A DNA stretch of 64,000 nt. Origin: Pseudomonadales bacterium. Lineage in GTDB: Bacteria; Patescibacteriota; Microgenomatia; UBA1400; PJMF01. The notes under the pieces were generated by a model. It was given only the letters and a program-made list of their open reading frames with translations. It searched no databases and had not been told where the DNA came from. Positions 40,222 to 50,915 of the stretch are shown here, one piece after another (the first letter of the stretch is position 1; every line of letters begins with the position of its first letter). The DNA is taken from NCBI GenBank assembly GCA_020632265.1, contig JACKFW010000001.1, forward strand, positions 599,272 to 663,271, written 5' to 3'. A program made the position numbers and the translations under genes.

Positions 40222-41973
40222 ATGTTTAAATTTAAAATACCAAAGAAAATTTTAGATAAAAGAATTCCTACTTTAGCGGGTATGGGAATTTTGATTATAT
40301 CTTTAGTAGCAGGTACCCTACTAATTGGCCAGGGAGGTGGAGTTTTTTCTCCAAGAGCATCCGTAGAAACAACTCCTAAAAATATTAAAGTAACAAATGT
40401 TTTTGATACAAGTTTCACAATTTCTTTTTTAACTGATGAAGAAACTCCTGGATTTGTTAAATATGGTACGGCAGAAAATAGTTTGAAATCTCAGGCAGGA
40501 GATGATAGAGATCAAATTTCTGGTACTGTCGGCTCATTTAAATTACATCACATTACTGTTAGAGGATTACAAGAAAATACAACGTATTTCTATGCTCTAG
40601 GGACTGGATCAGGAAATATTTTTAATGATAACGGCGCACCATTTAGAATTAAAACTGCAAGTAGAAGCGGAGCTCCTGCTGCGGCAAAAACAATTTATGG
40701 AAGCGTGAGTACTGAAACTGGAGCACCAGCTGAAGGTTCAATCGTCTATGTTGATGTCAATCGGGCCGGACCAATGTCTTCTCAAGTAAAGTCGTCAGGT
40801 AGTTGGGCGATTCCTCTCTCTAACGCTCGAACGACAGATGGTAGTGCGTATGCATTAATCGTTGATACCGACAACATCATTATTAATGTTCAAGGTCCCC
40901 TTTTTTCACAAACAGCATCTTTAACAACTACTGTTGCAGATTCTCAGCCTGTTGCCAGTATTACTTTTGGTCAAAACAGTGCGGCAGTTGTCAATACACC
41001 CGATCTTCCAACAACTTCTGAAGTTCCATTAGCTTCAGAAATAAAAGAAACTCAAACTGAGGCAACACCTAACCCAGATGAAACTCAAGAAAGTCAGACG
41101 AATGAACAAAATGAAGCTCAAACAGAAGCTCAAACTGAGGCAACACCTAACCCAGATGAAACTCAAGAAAGTCAGACGAATGAACAAAATGAAGCTCAAA
41201 CAGAAGCTCAAACTGAGGCAACACCTAACCCAGATGAAACTCAAGAAAGTCAAACAAGTCCTAATACAGATTATCCAAATAATCAGACTGGAAGTGAAAG
41301 CAATCAAACCAATGAAACTCCATCTGCTAGAACTGCTATGTTAGACGAGTTGGCAACCAATTTGACCCCCGATTATGTGGCAAGTAAAACAGAACTTGAC
41401 CTCGATGCCACTCAACACCAAACAGTCACAACTGCAAATCCGAAAATATTTGGAACAGCTCCTGCTAATGTTACTGTGTCAATTAAAATAAATTCAAATA
41501 CTCAAATTAATCAAACTGTTATAGTTGACGAGCTTGGCAATTTTGTATTAGATATTGCAAGTTTGCCTGAATCTTTGGAACCTGGAGAACATACCATAAC
41601 ATATTCATATGTGGATCCTGATACAAACGAAACAATAGAAAAAACTGTAAACTTTACAGTTGCTGATACCTCCAACCAATTAGCTCTTGCAACAACGCCA
41701 ACTCCTACTCCATATGGCTCTGGGAACCCATATCCAGTGCAATCTCCACTAATTAGCCCAAATCCAGCAACTCAATCTGCTCAGGCAACTGAATCTGGCC
41801 AAGCAACTGAATCTGCTCGGACTTCACAACCCGCCACTGGCGAGGGTGTTCCCGTTTCAGGATCAGTGGGAACAACTTTGGCGCTTGTTTTTGGGGGATT
41901 ATTCTTTATCATTTCTGGCCTATGGAGTTTTTGGATTTCTACTGAGTTGGATAAACGAGAGCTTGAAATATAG
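40222..41973 (+). CDS. Cell-surface protein, 583 aa. Signal/TM segment, fibronectin-III-like (purple-acid-phosphatase N-terminal type) domain, Thr/Glu/Gln-rich 26-aa tandem repeats, PT-linker and a C-terminal TM anchor.
   Basis: FTISFLTDEETPGFVKYGTAENSL...TTYFYALG fits the PAP_N/FN3 pattern. No metallophosphatase motifs follow. The C-terminal hydrophobic helix sits after PATGEG. Confidence 0.6.
   Translation: MFKFKIPKKILDKRIPTLAGMGILIISLVAGTLLIGQGGGVFSPRASVETTPKNIKVTNVFDTSFTISFLTDEETPGFVKYGTAENSLKSQAGDDRDQISGTVGSFKLHHITVRGLQENTTYFYALGTGSGNIFNDNGAPFRIKTASRSGAPAAAKTIYGSVSTETGAPAEGSIVYVDVNRAGPMSSQVKSSGSWAIPLSNARTTDGSAYALIVDTDNIIINVQGPLFSQTASLTTTVADSQPVASITFGQNSAAVVNTPDLPTTSEVPLASEIKETQTEATPNPDETQESQTNEQNEAQTEAQTEATPNPDETQESQTNEQNEAQTEAQTEATPNPDETQESQTSPNTDYPNNQTGSESNQTNETPSARTAMLDELATNLTPDYVASKTELDLDATQHQTVTTANPKIFGTAPANVTVSIKINSNTQINQTVIVDELGNFVLDIASLPESLEPGEHTITYSYVDPDTNETIEKTVNFTVADTSNQLALATTPTPTPYGSGNPYPVQSPLISPNPATQSAQATESGQATESARTSQPATGEGVPVSGSVGTTLALVFGGLFFIISGLWSFWISTELDKRELEI
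41047..41268. repeat. 78-bp tandem repeat, about 2.8 copies, encoding TEATPNPDETQESQTNEQNEAQTEAQ within the surface-protein gene.
   Basis: The caaactgagg anchors at 41053, 41131 and 41209 give a 78-bp period. It generates spurious ORFs on both strands in the track. Confidence 0.85.
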
Positions 41974-42111
41974 ACATCAATCTATTTGCCTTGATTTATA
42001 AAAATTTATAAGTTTCAACATCCAAAAATAACAATAAATAAAACTGCCCAAATATTATCTTAAAAAGAATGATGTTAAAATACTTATTTTAGTGATCAAT
42101 ATATACAATTT

Positions 42112-42723
42112 ATGAATAATTATTTTAACTCTACCAAAAAAAGATTATTCGATATATTTCTTAGCATTATACTTTTAGTTTTGATATTTCCCCTAGTAAT
42201 AGTGTTACTTCCATTCTTATATTTGAAAATAGGTTATCCAATTATATTTAAGCAAGAAAGATTTGGAAAAAATAAAAAAATATTTACTATCTATAAAATT
42301 AGAACTATGAAAATTGGATCGGAAGCTAAGCAAAAATCATTATCAAAAGCTAATATTGCTCCGATACCTATGTTTAAGGTTGAAGATGATCCAAGATTCA
42401 TTTCTTTAGGAAAAATTATTTCTAAACTCGGCATTGATGAATTACCACAATTGTTAAATATATTAAAAGGTGAAATGAGCTTTGTTGGACCACGTCCTCT
42501 TCCAGTTTATGAAGCTGTCAAGCTTTCCTCTTCATGGAACTTTAGATATGAAGCCAGACCAGGATTAATATCTTTTTGGGCTCTTTCACCAAAAAGGTAT
42601 GAGTCACTTAGTAAATGGAAAGAGCTTGAAAAAAACACCCTTAGGATCAACTCTGTTAAAGAAGAAGTGGCACTTGTCTTTAAAGCAATCGATCAAATAA
42701 TAATTAAACGAATTCATTTATAA
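42112..42723 (+). CDS. Bacterial sugar transferase: small polyprenyl-phosphate hexose-1-phosphate transferase (WbaP/WcaJ C-terminal-domain type), the priming enzyme. 203 aa.
   Basis: KRLFDIFLSIILLV..., GKNKKIFTIYKIRTM and DELPQLLNILKGEMSFVGPRP signatures. Confidence 0.8.
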   Translation: MNNYFNSTKKRLFDIFLSIILLVLIFPLVIVLLPFLYLKIGYPIIFKQERFGKNKKIFTIYKIRTMKIGSEAKQKSLSKANIAPIPMFKVEDDPRFISLGKIISKLGIDELPQLLNILKGEMSFVGPRPLPVYEAVKLSSSWNFRYEARPGLISFWALSPKRYESLSKWKELEKNTLRINSVKEEVALVFKAIDQIIIKRIHL

Positions 42724-44946
42724 ATTCGAATTTGGTGAATGGTATGCTTCTAGAGCTCTATCTATATGAATGCCAAAATGGTCAATGGGAATGCCTTCTA
42801 GATTAAGCCAAAATTGCTGTATTTGCTCATCATTATTGAGTAAAGTAAAAACATCTGGCGATAATCTATTAAAACTCCACTCATCAAATTCAAATGCCAT
42901 TTTATACATGTTAGTTGCACTTTCAATATCTTGGTTTTTTAAATCATTATTTCCAATGCTAATTGCTAAATTGGCCAAATACTCACCCAAAAATATTCCT
43001 TCTGAATAACCATTTTTTATCGACTCTTGATTCATTTTCATTATCTCAGTTAATAATTCTCTCAAAGACTGTTGGTCTGTTTCATATAAAAGGCTCAAAT
43101 ACTCTTTTAAATAATCATTCCAATTTGATGAGGATGAAAAATAATTATTATAAATAATGTGATAATTATCATTTGGGTTTATGATAAATAAAGTTGGCAG
43201 TATTCTTCGGTAATAAATTATGGAATGTTGAATATCACCCCTCTGTAATAAACTCAATGCAACTATATGAAGATATTTTAGTATCACTAGTTTTGTAGTT
43301 TGCTGTTGCGGAGTCAGCTCATTATCTAAATTATTCAATACTGTGAGTCCCTGACTTGATACTTCACCAAGTTTTTCATAGTGTTCAAGTTCTTTTAAAG
43401 TTTTTAAATATTCTTCATTGAAAACCACATCAGGTGAATTAATACGAATTTGATCATACAAAAGTTCTTTTATCAATAAATCTTCTGATTCTTCTATGTT
43501 CCTTAATATAAATTCTTCATGATTTTGATAAATCTTATATAGATGTGCCCTATTAGAATCTGATAACGCTCTTCTATTTGAAAGAAAAACTTTTGACTGA
43601 GAGAAAAAATATGGAAATGTTTTAAATGCTAGATCAATAGCATTATCTTTAATCATCATTCTCGTTAATAAATTAACCACTCCTAAAATTATTATCACTA
43701 AAGAAAAAAGTAACCAAGTAAACTTCAAAAATAAATCTGTTTTTATTTCACTTTTTTTGGCTTCTGGATGAAGAAAAAATGCAGCAAATATTAATGACAT
43801 CAGGAATATTGGGAATAAATTCCAATCATAATCAAAAAATGAATTTATTAACAAACTTATAAAACCTATGTAAACAAATTTATTTATCAAAAATTTATCA
43901 TCTTTTTGACTATAAATTTCATAACCTTTTTTTATAATAAAGATAATTATGAAAGAAAAAAATAGTCCAGATAACAGACCAGATTCAGAAGTAAGCTGCA
44001 AAATAAAATTATGAGCATAAATTGAGCTATATTGAGGATCCTTAGTATATTTTCTTGTTATCAATTGAAAAGTGCCTGGTCCAAACCCAAATATGGGATT
44101 TTCTTTAATTGATAGTAAGGATTGCTTAAAATACTCAGGCCTGGCTTCATTGGTAATTTGTTTACATAATTGGTTTTTATATGTGGCTACATAACAACTC
44201 TCTTTCGATACAAAAGAAGAAAAAATTATCAATAAAAGAACAAACCCTAGAGATATATTCACTAAATAGAAGCTTGATTTTTTAAATTGTTTACTTTCTA
44301 CTAAATTATACAAAAATGGCAATTGAACTAAAGATATTAAGAAGGCCAACCTACCGAATGACAAAATCAATAAAATATAAAATAAAATTAATAATGGCTT
44401 TTTAAATCTAAATACTAAATTATCATCTACAAAAACATACCACCAGGCTAATGGAATTAAAAATATAAGAATAGCAGCAAAATGACTATGACCATAAACT
44501 GCGGTCAGGACATTTATTGGAGGCAAAAATGTTGATAAATTTGGATAACTAAAATAACCAATAAAAAATAATGAGAGTGCAAACCCCACTAATAAATATG
44601 TATAAATAAACTCAGATGGTGAAAATATTTTTTTTTGCTTTAAACTTTCAAAAAATACGTAGACACAAAAAGATGAAAAATAAAATATTAATGAATCAAG
44701 TGAAAGTGGTATGCTGTGTGTAAAGATTGCTGATGCTAATAATAACATCAATAACCCAAACCATAAGAATTTTATTCGACTATCTAAAGATATATCCAAC
44801 TTAAAAACCCAAGAGTACAATAGTAAAAATAATAGAAATAATGAAATAATCATAATTTCATAGCCAGTTGAAAAAAAGAAAACTAACAAAAATTGAAAGC
44901 AAGCAAAAAGAAATAAAAAAATACTCTTTTTAAGTGGTAGAATCAT
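42718..44946 (-). CDS. O-antigen ligase/polymerase-family (Wzy_C) membrane protein with a large C-terminal soluble, TPR-like domain, 742 aa.
   Basis: Signature HNFILQLTSESGLLSG (H..x..E.G..G) after about 10 TM helices. Confidence 0.55.
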   Translation of the reverse strand: MILPLKKSIFLFLFACFQFLLVFFFSTGYEIMIISLFLLFLLLYSWVFKLDISLDSRIKFLWFGLLMLLLASAIFTHSIPLSLDSLIFYFSSFCVYVFFESLKQKKIFSPSEFIYTYLLVGFALSLFFIGYFSYPNLSTFLPPINVLTAVYGHSHFAAILIFLIPLAWWYVFVDDNLVFRFKKPLLILFYILLILSFGRLAFLISLVQLPFLYNLVESKQFKKSSFYLVNISLGFVLLLIIFSSFVSKESCYVATYKNQLCKQITNEARPEYFKQSLLSIKENPIFGFGPGTFQLITRKYTKDPQYSSIYAHNFILQLTSESGLLSGLFFSFIIIFIIKKGYEIYSQKDDKFLINKFVYIGFISLLINSFFDYDWNLFPIFLMSLIFAAFFLHPEAKKSEIKTDLFLKFTWLLFSLVIIILGVVNLLTRMMIKDNAIDLAFKTFPYFFSQSKVFLSNRRALSDSNRAHLYKIYQNHEEFILRNIEESEDLLIKELLYDQIRINSPDVVFNEEYLKTLKELEHYEKLGEVSSQGLTVLNNLDNELTPQQQTTKLVILKYLHIVALSLLQRGDIQHSIIYYRRILPTLFIINPNDNYHIIYNNYFSSSSNWNDYLKEYLSLLYETDQQSLRELLTEIMKMNQESIKNGYSEGIFLGEYLANLAISIGNNDLKNQDIESATNMYKMAFEFDEWSFNRLSPDVFTLLNNDEQIQQFWLNLEGIPIDHFGIHIDRALEAYHSPNSNL

Positions 44947-45044
44947 GTAACAATGCTAACATAATCAGTGCCACCATTCCTAGTCTCAGGCACTTATTTT
45001 TATAAAATAAATAATTGTAGCATCAAGAATAAAATATAATTAAT

Positions 45045-45920
45045 ATGCAAATTGCTTTAATTGGATATGGATATTGGGGTCATAAAATTTATAAAACTTT
45101 AAGTAAGATAATTTCGTCAAAAAATATCTCGGTTGTAGACATAAATATCAATGATTCAACAGGTAAACTTAAAATTGAATCAATTATTAATATACTTTCG
45201 GATGATAAAATTAATCATGTTATTATCGCTACTCCAGAAGAAACCCACTATAAAATTGCAAAAATTTGTCTAGAAAACTCAAAGAATGTTTTCGTTGAAA
45301 AACCACTTTGTTTAAAAAAGAATGAGGCTATTGAACTACATCAACTGGCAAATAAAAAGAATCTAGGACTTTATGTTGACTATATATTTCTTTTCGATCC
45401 CTATGTAAGAAAGATTAAAAGCATTATTGACCGTGGCACTTTAGGAAGATTGCTTCATATAAAATCAATCCGTCACTCGATAAACATTAATAAACCAAAT
45501 ATAACTGTATTCGATGACCTGGCTACTCACGATATTTATTTAGGCAAGTTCTTTTTTGAAAATTATTGTAAAAAGTTTGCAACTTTAAATGAATCAGTTC
45601 AAGAAGCACAAGTTAATCAAGTCAACCAAGCTTCAATTGTTTTTTATTATGGCAAAAATACTCTTTCAGCAAATTACAGCTGGGTTCAGCCAACTTCCAA
45701 AAGAGTCATGACGTTTATAGGCGATTTAACAACCTTGGTATGGGATAAGAACATGAAATCCTTATATCTGTATAAAAAACAAAAACGAATTAAAAAGATA
45801 GAAATAAAATCTAGCGATTCCGCACTAGAACTTTCAATAAAAGAATTTCTTTTTAATAAACCAAAAAGTAACTATGCAAATGATGTAGAACTTTTAGAGA
45901 ACATTAATGCAAATTCATAA
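45045..45920 (+). CDS. Gfo/Idh/MocA-family NAD(P)-dependent oxidoreductase (WbpB-like sugar 3-dehydrogenase candidate), 291 aa.
   Basis: N-terminal Rossmann IALIGYGYWGHK and an EKPL motif (VFVEKPLCL). Confidence 0.65.
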   Translation: MQIALIGYGYWGHKIYKTLSKIISSKNISVVDININDSTGKLKIESIINILSDDKINHVIIATPEETHYKIAKICLENSKNVFVEKPLCLKKNEAIELHQLANKKNLGLYVDYIFLFDPYVRKIKSIIDRGTLGRLLHIKSIRHSININKPNITVFDDLATHDIYLGKFFFENYCKKFATLNESVQEAQVNQVNQASIVFYYGKNTLSANYSWVQPTSKRVMTFIGDLTTLVWDKNMKSLYLYKKQKRIKKIEIKSSDSALELSIKEFLFNKPKSNYANDVELLENINANS

Positions 45921-45957
45921 GAATTATTAATATTTACATTATGTTAAAATCAATTTC

Positions 45958-47064
45958 ATGAAGAAAATACCCTTATTTGATCTAAAACGACAACATTTTT
46001 TAATTAAAAAAAATGTTCTTAAAAGTTGGGAACAAATTTACGATAAGAATCAGTTTACCAGCGGTGATGAAACTAATAATTTTGAAAAAAAATTTGCAAA
46101 ACTCTGTAATGTTAAATATTCCCTAGGAATTCATTCTGGAACCGACTCTCTTATCATTGCACTTAGTGCAGCTGGAATCAAAGATGGAGATGAAGTCATT
46201 ACTACGCCATGCACTTTTTCGGCTTCATCTGATTGCATTGTTCACGTTGGTGCAAAACCTGTATTCGCTGATGTATTATCGAATACTGGAAATATAGATC
46301 CGACAGAAATTGAAAATAAAATAACTTCAAAAACAAAAGCAATTTTATTAGTTCATCTGTATGGAGTACCTTGTAAAATGGATGAAATAATTAAAATTGC
46401 CAATGATAATAATCTATTAATAATTGAAGACGCATCTCATGCTCATGGGAGTCTTTACAAAAAAAAACCAGTTGGTTCATTTGGTCTAGCTGGTTGTTTT
46501 TCACTTTATCCGTCGAAGTCTCTAGGGGCGCTAGGAAATGCAGGTATTATTACTTCAAATAATAAGTCATTTATAAAAAAATCTAGAATGTTAGCTAATC
46601 ATGGAATAAAAAATTTGAAGACTAAGTATATTCATTATTTTTCTGGTTTTAACAAATTAATTGATAACTTACAATCTGCAGCGTTGAATTGTAAATTGCC
46701 ATACATACAAAAGGTAATTAATAGGAAATTAGAAATAGCTAATCAATACAATAATGCTTTTGAACAAATCGGTTTGAAAGGAATGTATTGGCCTAAATAT
46801 GTTGTTCCATCAATATATATATATTCTTTTCAAACTAAAAGAAGAAAGAAAGTTATCAATATTTTTGAAAAAAACGGCATTTCAACTGGAGTCTATTACC
46901 CCATTCCTCTCCACTTACAACCTTCAATGAAATTTCTTGGATATACCAAAGGTGACTTTCCCAATGCAGAACTTTTTTTTAAACAAACTTTATCTTTGCC
47001 AATTTTCCCAGAACTCACTAACAGGGAAATTAATAAAGTGATTTTCGCAATTAAGCAACTATGA
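45958..47064 (+). CDS. DegT/DnrJ/EryC1/StrS-family PLP-dependent sugar aminotransferase (WbpE-like), 368 aa.
   Basis: Fold-type I aminotransferase layout. The GTDSL, DASHAHG and FSLYPSKSLGALG segments are typical of the DegT family. Confidence 0.8.
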   Translation: MKKIPLFDLKRQHFLIKKNVLKSWEQIYDKNQFTSGDETNNFEKKFAKLCNVKYSLGIHSGTDSLIIALSAAGIKDGDEVITTPCTFSASSDCIVHVGAKPVFADVLSNTGNIDPTEIENKITSKTKAILLVHLYGVPCKMDEIIKIANDNNLLIIEDASHAHGSLYKKKPVGSFGLAGCFSLYPSKSLGALGNAGIITSNNKSFIKKSRMLANHGIKNLKTKYIHYFSGFNKLIDNLQSAALNCKLPYIQKVINRKLEIANQYNNAFEQIGLKGMYWPKYVVPSIYIYSFQTKRRKKVINIFEKNGISTGVYYPIPLHLQPSMKFLGYTKGDFPNAELFFKQTLSLPIFPELTNREINKVIFAIKQL

Positions 47065-47861
47065 GAATACATTTCTTAAAAAAACATATTTATCTAATAT
47101 TGCTCTTTTTATTCATATTTATTACATTTTTATACTCTATGCAGGACATCTCAAGACCAATGATTGCGGAAGGAGATGCCTACTCAAGGGTTAATGAAAC
47201 AATTAAGCAAAAAGACCTTAATATTTATTTTAATAAGTACGGAGGTGCATGGTTGCCTCTTTATTTCTCTATGATGGTTTCGGCTTTATCTTTACTTAAT
47301 AATTCGCACATAACTCCAAGATTAATTACATTAGTCTTTAGTTTGTCGTCTTGTGCAGCATTATATTTTTATACAAAAGAATATACCAAAGATAAAATCA
47401 TTGCTCTTCTTTCTTCCTTTATATACTTAATTTTTCCGCTTAGACTTTTTCTTAGTACGCAAACATTATCGGAAACCATTTTTATATTCTTTTTATTGGT
47501 GAGCTTTACATTTTTATTGAAAGAAAAATTAAATACTTATGAACTAATTTTGACATTATTATTTGTAAATATTGCCCATGGTATCAGATATGAATCTTGG
47601 ATTATTTTGCCATTAATTTGGATTATTGTTCTATCAAGAAAAAACAGCTATAAAGTAAAAAGTCTGTTAATTTTTTCTAGCACACTATTTCCGCTCTATT
47701 GGCTTTACCTCAACCAAATATACACAGGAAATTATTTAACTTTTTTCAACGTCAAATATGAAGTTGCTCAAAGTAATAAAATATCTCAATACTCTAATTT
47801 TTATTTATCTTATAAAGCCTGGAGAGATAAACTCATTCCTTTATTCCAATTCCATTTATAA
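47061..47861 (+). CDS. N-terminal portion of a GT-C (ArnT/PMT-like) membrane glycosyltransferase, 266 aa, possibly disrupted.
   Basis: First-loop acidic motif AEGDAYSR. Multiple TM helices. Followed in the same frame by ORF 47916-48548 after three stop codons. Confidence 0.4.
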   Translation: MRIHFLKKHIYLILLFLFIFITFLYSMQDISRPMIAEGDAYSRVNETIKQKDLNIYFNKYGGAWLPLYFSMMVSALSLLNNSHITPRLITLVFSLSSCAALYFYTKEYTKDKIIALLSSFIYLIFPLRLFLSTQTLSETIFIFFLLVSFTFLLKEKLNTYELILTLLFVNIAHGIRYESWIILPLIWIIVLSRKNSYKVKSLLIFSSTLFPLYWLYLNQIYTGNYLTFFNVKYEVAQSNKISQYSNFYLSYKAWRDKLIPLFQFHL

Positions 47862-47915
47862 TGCTTGCTTTTTATGATTTCAAATCCTTAATAAAAAAAT
47901 TTTAACTATAAAAAA

Positions 47916-48548
47916 TTGATCTATTATGGTCTTCCAGTAATCTTGTTCGCCTCACTAATTATTCAAGTATACTTGGGCACAATGGAGTGGTTTCCATCAA
48001 GATATTTGCTTATTCCAATCACCTCTATCATACCCATGTTGTCATCTACAATATGGAACATAATAATAGAATATAAAAAAATACTTAGAGATCAATATTC
48101 AATTAAAAAGTTTCTCAAGTTAATATTATTATTTTTATTTTCTATAATAATTGTTTTTGAGTACAACCTATCTTTTAAATATACAGACTTAGAAATTAAT
48201 GACTGGGCTCTCTTACAATCATATAATCAACCAGATGTAAATATTGAAAACAGCATACTTTACAATGATTTTACATCAGTAATCTATGTAATAAAAAAAC
48301 TGAACATCGATAAAGCTATTTACTTTAATAAAGATATAAATAAATCTTATATGGATCAAGGAATTTTTTATTTTTCTCAAGCTGATGGCATTGTTGCCAA
48401 CAAATCAGAGCTCAGTAAACTCATTCAAAAAGATCAGGTTTATATTTGGGAAAGAGACTTTGATGAGCAAGAAGAAAAAATATTAGAAAAATTTATAAAA
48501 CTATATTCAAATGACACATTCTACTTACTTAAGTTAGAGCATTTATAG
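47916..48548 (+). pseudogene. Probable C-terminal portion of the same GT-C glycosyltransferase (TTG start in the track), a split or pseudogenised gene.
   Basis: Same reading frame as 47061-47861. TM helices are followed by a soluble domain. Separated by in-frame stops at 47859, 47889 and 47892. Confidence 0.3.
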
Positions 48549-49273
48549 AAGTCACCAGGGACTTTAATGCATTTAATATTTAAATTTTTATGATTTAAAT
48601 ACACTTCTGAATGTAATAAAAATTCTTCATCCTGATCAAGAAGTTCGGTTTTCTTGATGTCAAATAAAATATTTTTTAAAGGACAAAGTTTTATAAGTGC
48701 ATTATATGAAGTAGCCTCACATTTATAATATCCAACTTCTAAAAGATGTGGACTTATAATCACAATTTCATCATGATTTCTTTGTGGAAAATCAAACTTA
48801 GGATAAAATATATTTTTATAATTGCTCGATGTAATCAATAAAATTATAAAAATATATAAAAATAAGTCTGACTTATTTTTTTGCATTGCAAGTGCATAAC
48901 CCCAATATATTGAAATAATACTTGCAAGAACAAACATTTGCCTGATATGAAAGAAGTGGAAAGAACCTAGGAAATTTATTAAATATGCAAAAAATAAAAT
49001 TATGATTGAGAATATAAACATATAATGAAATATTATTTCTTTATTTTTTCGAAAAGCCTGAATTTCAATTTTTATAGAACGTAAAAATTTTATGATTATA
49101 GCGATTAATAGAAAAGAAATCATCAAACAAAATATTTCTATATCATTTGTAATTAATCCAATTTTTTCAAAATAATTAAAGTAATCAAAACCACTTAAGC
49201 TCAAAAATGAAAGTCCAAAGTCATAAAATTCAGGGATTTTTACCCAATTTAGAAATAAGGGTATTCCTCCCAT
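48521..49273 (-). pseudogene. Membrane protein fragment, 250 aa, possibly the 3' part of a frameshifted polytopic membrane protein gene.
   Basis: Adjacent to and co-oriented with the ORF 49279-49782, which is in a different frame. Both are hydrophobic. Confidence 0.3.
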
Positions 49274-49278
49274 ATCAT

Positions 49279-49782
49279 TTAAAAAATTGAAAACAAAAAT
49301 AATGTAAATAAAGTTAAAATTATTATTGGAAATATTATTGCCGATAAATTAAATTTCTGCAACGCAAATGCTTTAAAAAATATCAGTAACAAAAGTTTGA
49401 TTACTATCCAGATTACATAACCATAAACAAATAATAAACCAATTACATCAATTAAATATGATATGAATAAATGTTTTTCTCTACCTGTTCGAATAAAATA
49501 TAAAAATAGATACAAAGAGCAAATGAACAAGAAAATTCCTGCTCCATACATTCTTAGCATATATCCAAATCTTAAGAAATAAAGAGAGATAGAAAAGGGA
49601 AAAATAAATAATAATTTTTGCTCGAAATTAAAATTAAATAAGCTTCCAATCTTAAAAAGAATTAATATATTAGTTAAAATGAATAGCAGGTTAAAAAATT
49701 TTATATAAATTACTTGATCAACAAATTTAAGAACTACCTTTAGTAAAATAAAATATCCATTAGGATTTGTAATTTCGATCAA
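49279..49782 (-). pseudogene. Membrane protein fragment, 167 aa, the 5' part of the putative frameshifted gene.
   Basis: Four to five TM helices. The stop at 49279 is followed 6 nt later by the next ORF in another frame. Confidence 0.3.
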
Positions 49783-49937
49783 CTTAGTGAAGAAATGATT
49801 TAGAGGATATGAATTTGCTTCGAAAATTGAAACTATTTCATCACCATATAGACTTGAATTTAAAAAATAATGTAGGTGAAATAGAAACGCAATAAATAAA
49901 CTATAGATAAATAATAAATCGAAAATTAAAAATTTTT

Positions 49938-50915
49938 TTAAAATTTTTCATAAATATTTTGAATTGTACTATACAAACCAATCTTAAACTCTGTCTTTGA
50001 TTTCCAACCCAAACTTCTTAACTTCGAACTATCCAGCATTCTTCTCTGAGAGCCTTCTGGTTTTGTTGTATCGTAAAAAATTTTTAGTTTTTTATCATTA
50101 AAAAACTTTGCAATTAGCTCCACTACTTCTTTAACTGTTTTCTCACAATTAGAATCTACATTATAAACTTCTCCAGCAACACCTCTTTCAGCTAAAACTA
50201 ACAAGGCATTTACTACATCATCTACATAAATAAATGATCGCTTTTGATTTCCGCTACCGAATATTTCAACTTTCTTATCAGCCTCAATAAATTTTCTAAT
50301 TACAACGGGAATAAAATGTCCCATTTCATCATAATTATCGTCTTCTCCATAGACATTAATAAATCTTACAATCACAGTATCTAATCCGGTATCTTTATAG
50401 TACCAATTGGCTAAATATTCGCCCATTTGCTTGGCAAGCGCATATCCAAGCTTTGACTTTTCGGGCTCACCACCGGCTGCAGATTCTGGAGTTGGAATTT
50501 GATTTACCATTGCGTCTGTAGAATATATGCTTGCAGAACTAGCTTGAATAAATCTTTTTACACTGCCACTTTTTTGAGACATCTTAAGGGGCATCATCTG
50601 AAGCAGCATATTTTGCTCAAACATTACCTCTGTTCTGCCCAAATCAAAATCGACACCGGTATTCAATGCTGCTAAATTGAAAATTATTTCTTGGTTTTTA
50701 AAATACTTTTGAGAAGATTTCAAGTTTGTTACATCTGCTTTATAAAAATTAATTTTATCTTTAATATCAATTAATCGATTAATATTTCCCCTCGAAAGAT
50801 TATCAATAATACTAACCTTAGATCCCAGCAAAGCTAACTTACGAGCTAGATGTGATCCAATGAACCCAGCCCCACCAGTTATCAATACATTTTTATTTAA
50901 AAAATAATCATTCAT
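49938..50915 (-). CDS. NAD-dependent epimerase/dehydratase (extended SDR; UDP-sugar 4-epimerase-like), 325 aa.
   Basis: VLITGGAGFIGSHLARKL Rossmann motif and YALAK (YxxxK). Confidence 0.75.
   Translation of the reverse strand: MNDYFLNKNVLITGGAGFIGSHLARKLALLGSKVSIIDNLSRGNINRLIDIKDKINFYKADVTNLKSSQKYFKNQEIIFNLAALNTGVDFDLGRTEVMFEQNMLLQMMPLKMSQKSGSVKRFIQASSASIYSTDAMVNQIPTPESAAGGEPEKSKLGYALAKQMGEYLANWYYKDTGLDTVIVRFINVYGEDDNYDEMGHFIPVVIRKFIEADKKVEIFGSGNQKRSFIYVDDVVNALLVLAERGVAGEVYNVDSNCEKTVKEVVELIAKFFNDKKLKIFYDTTKPEGSQRRMLDSSKLRSLGWKSKTEFKIGLYSTIQNIYEKF

Noticed and set aside
41035-41344. ORF-track ORFs 41035-41307 (minus) and 41078-41344 (plus) inside the surface-protein gene.
   Set aside because: They are artefacts of the 78-bp tandem repeat, which is open in several frames. 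They lie wholly inside the well-supported 40222-41973 CDS.
41800-41973. C-terminus of the surface protein considered as an LPXTG sortase signal or a PEP-CTERM/PGF-CTERM sorting signal.
   Set aside because: The motif is PATGEG, the tail after the TM helix is acidic or mixed (STELDKRELEI) rather than basic, and there is no PEP or PGF tripeptide. It is treated as a simple C-terminal TM anchor.
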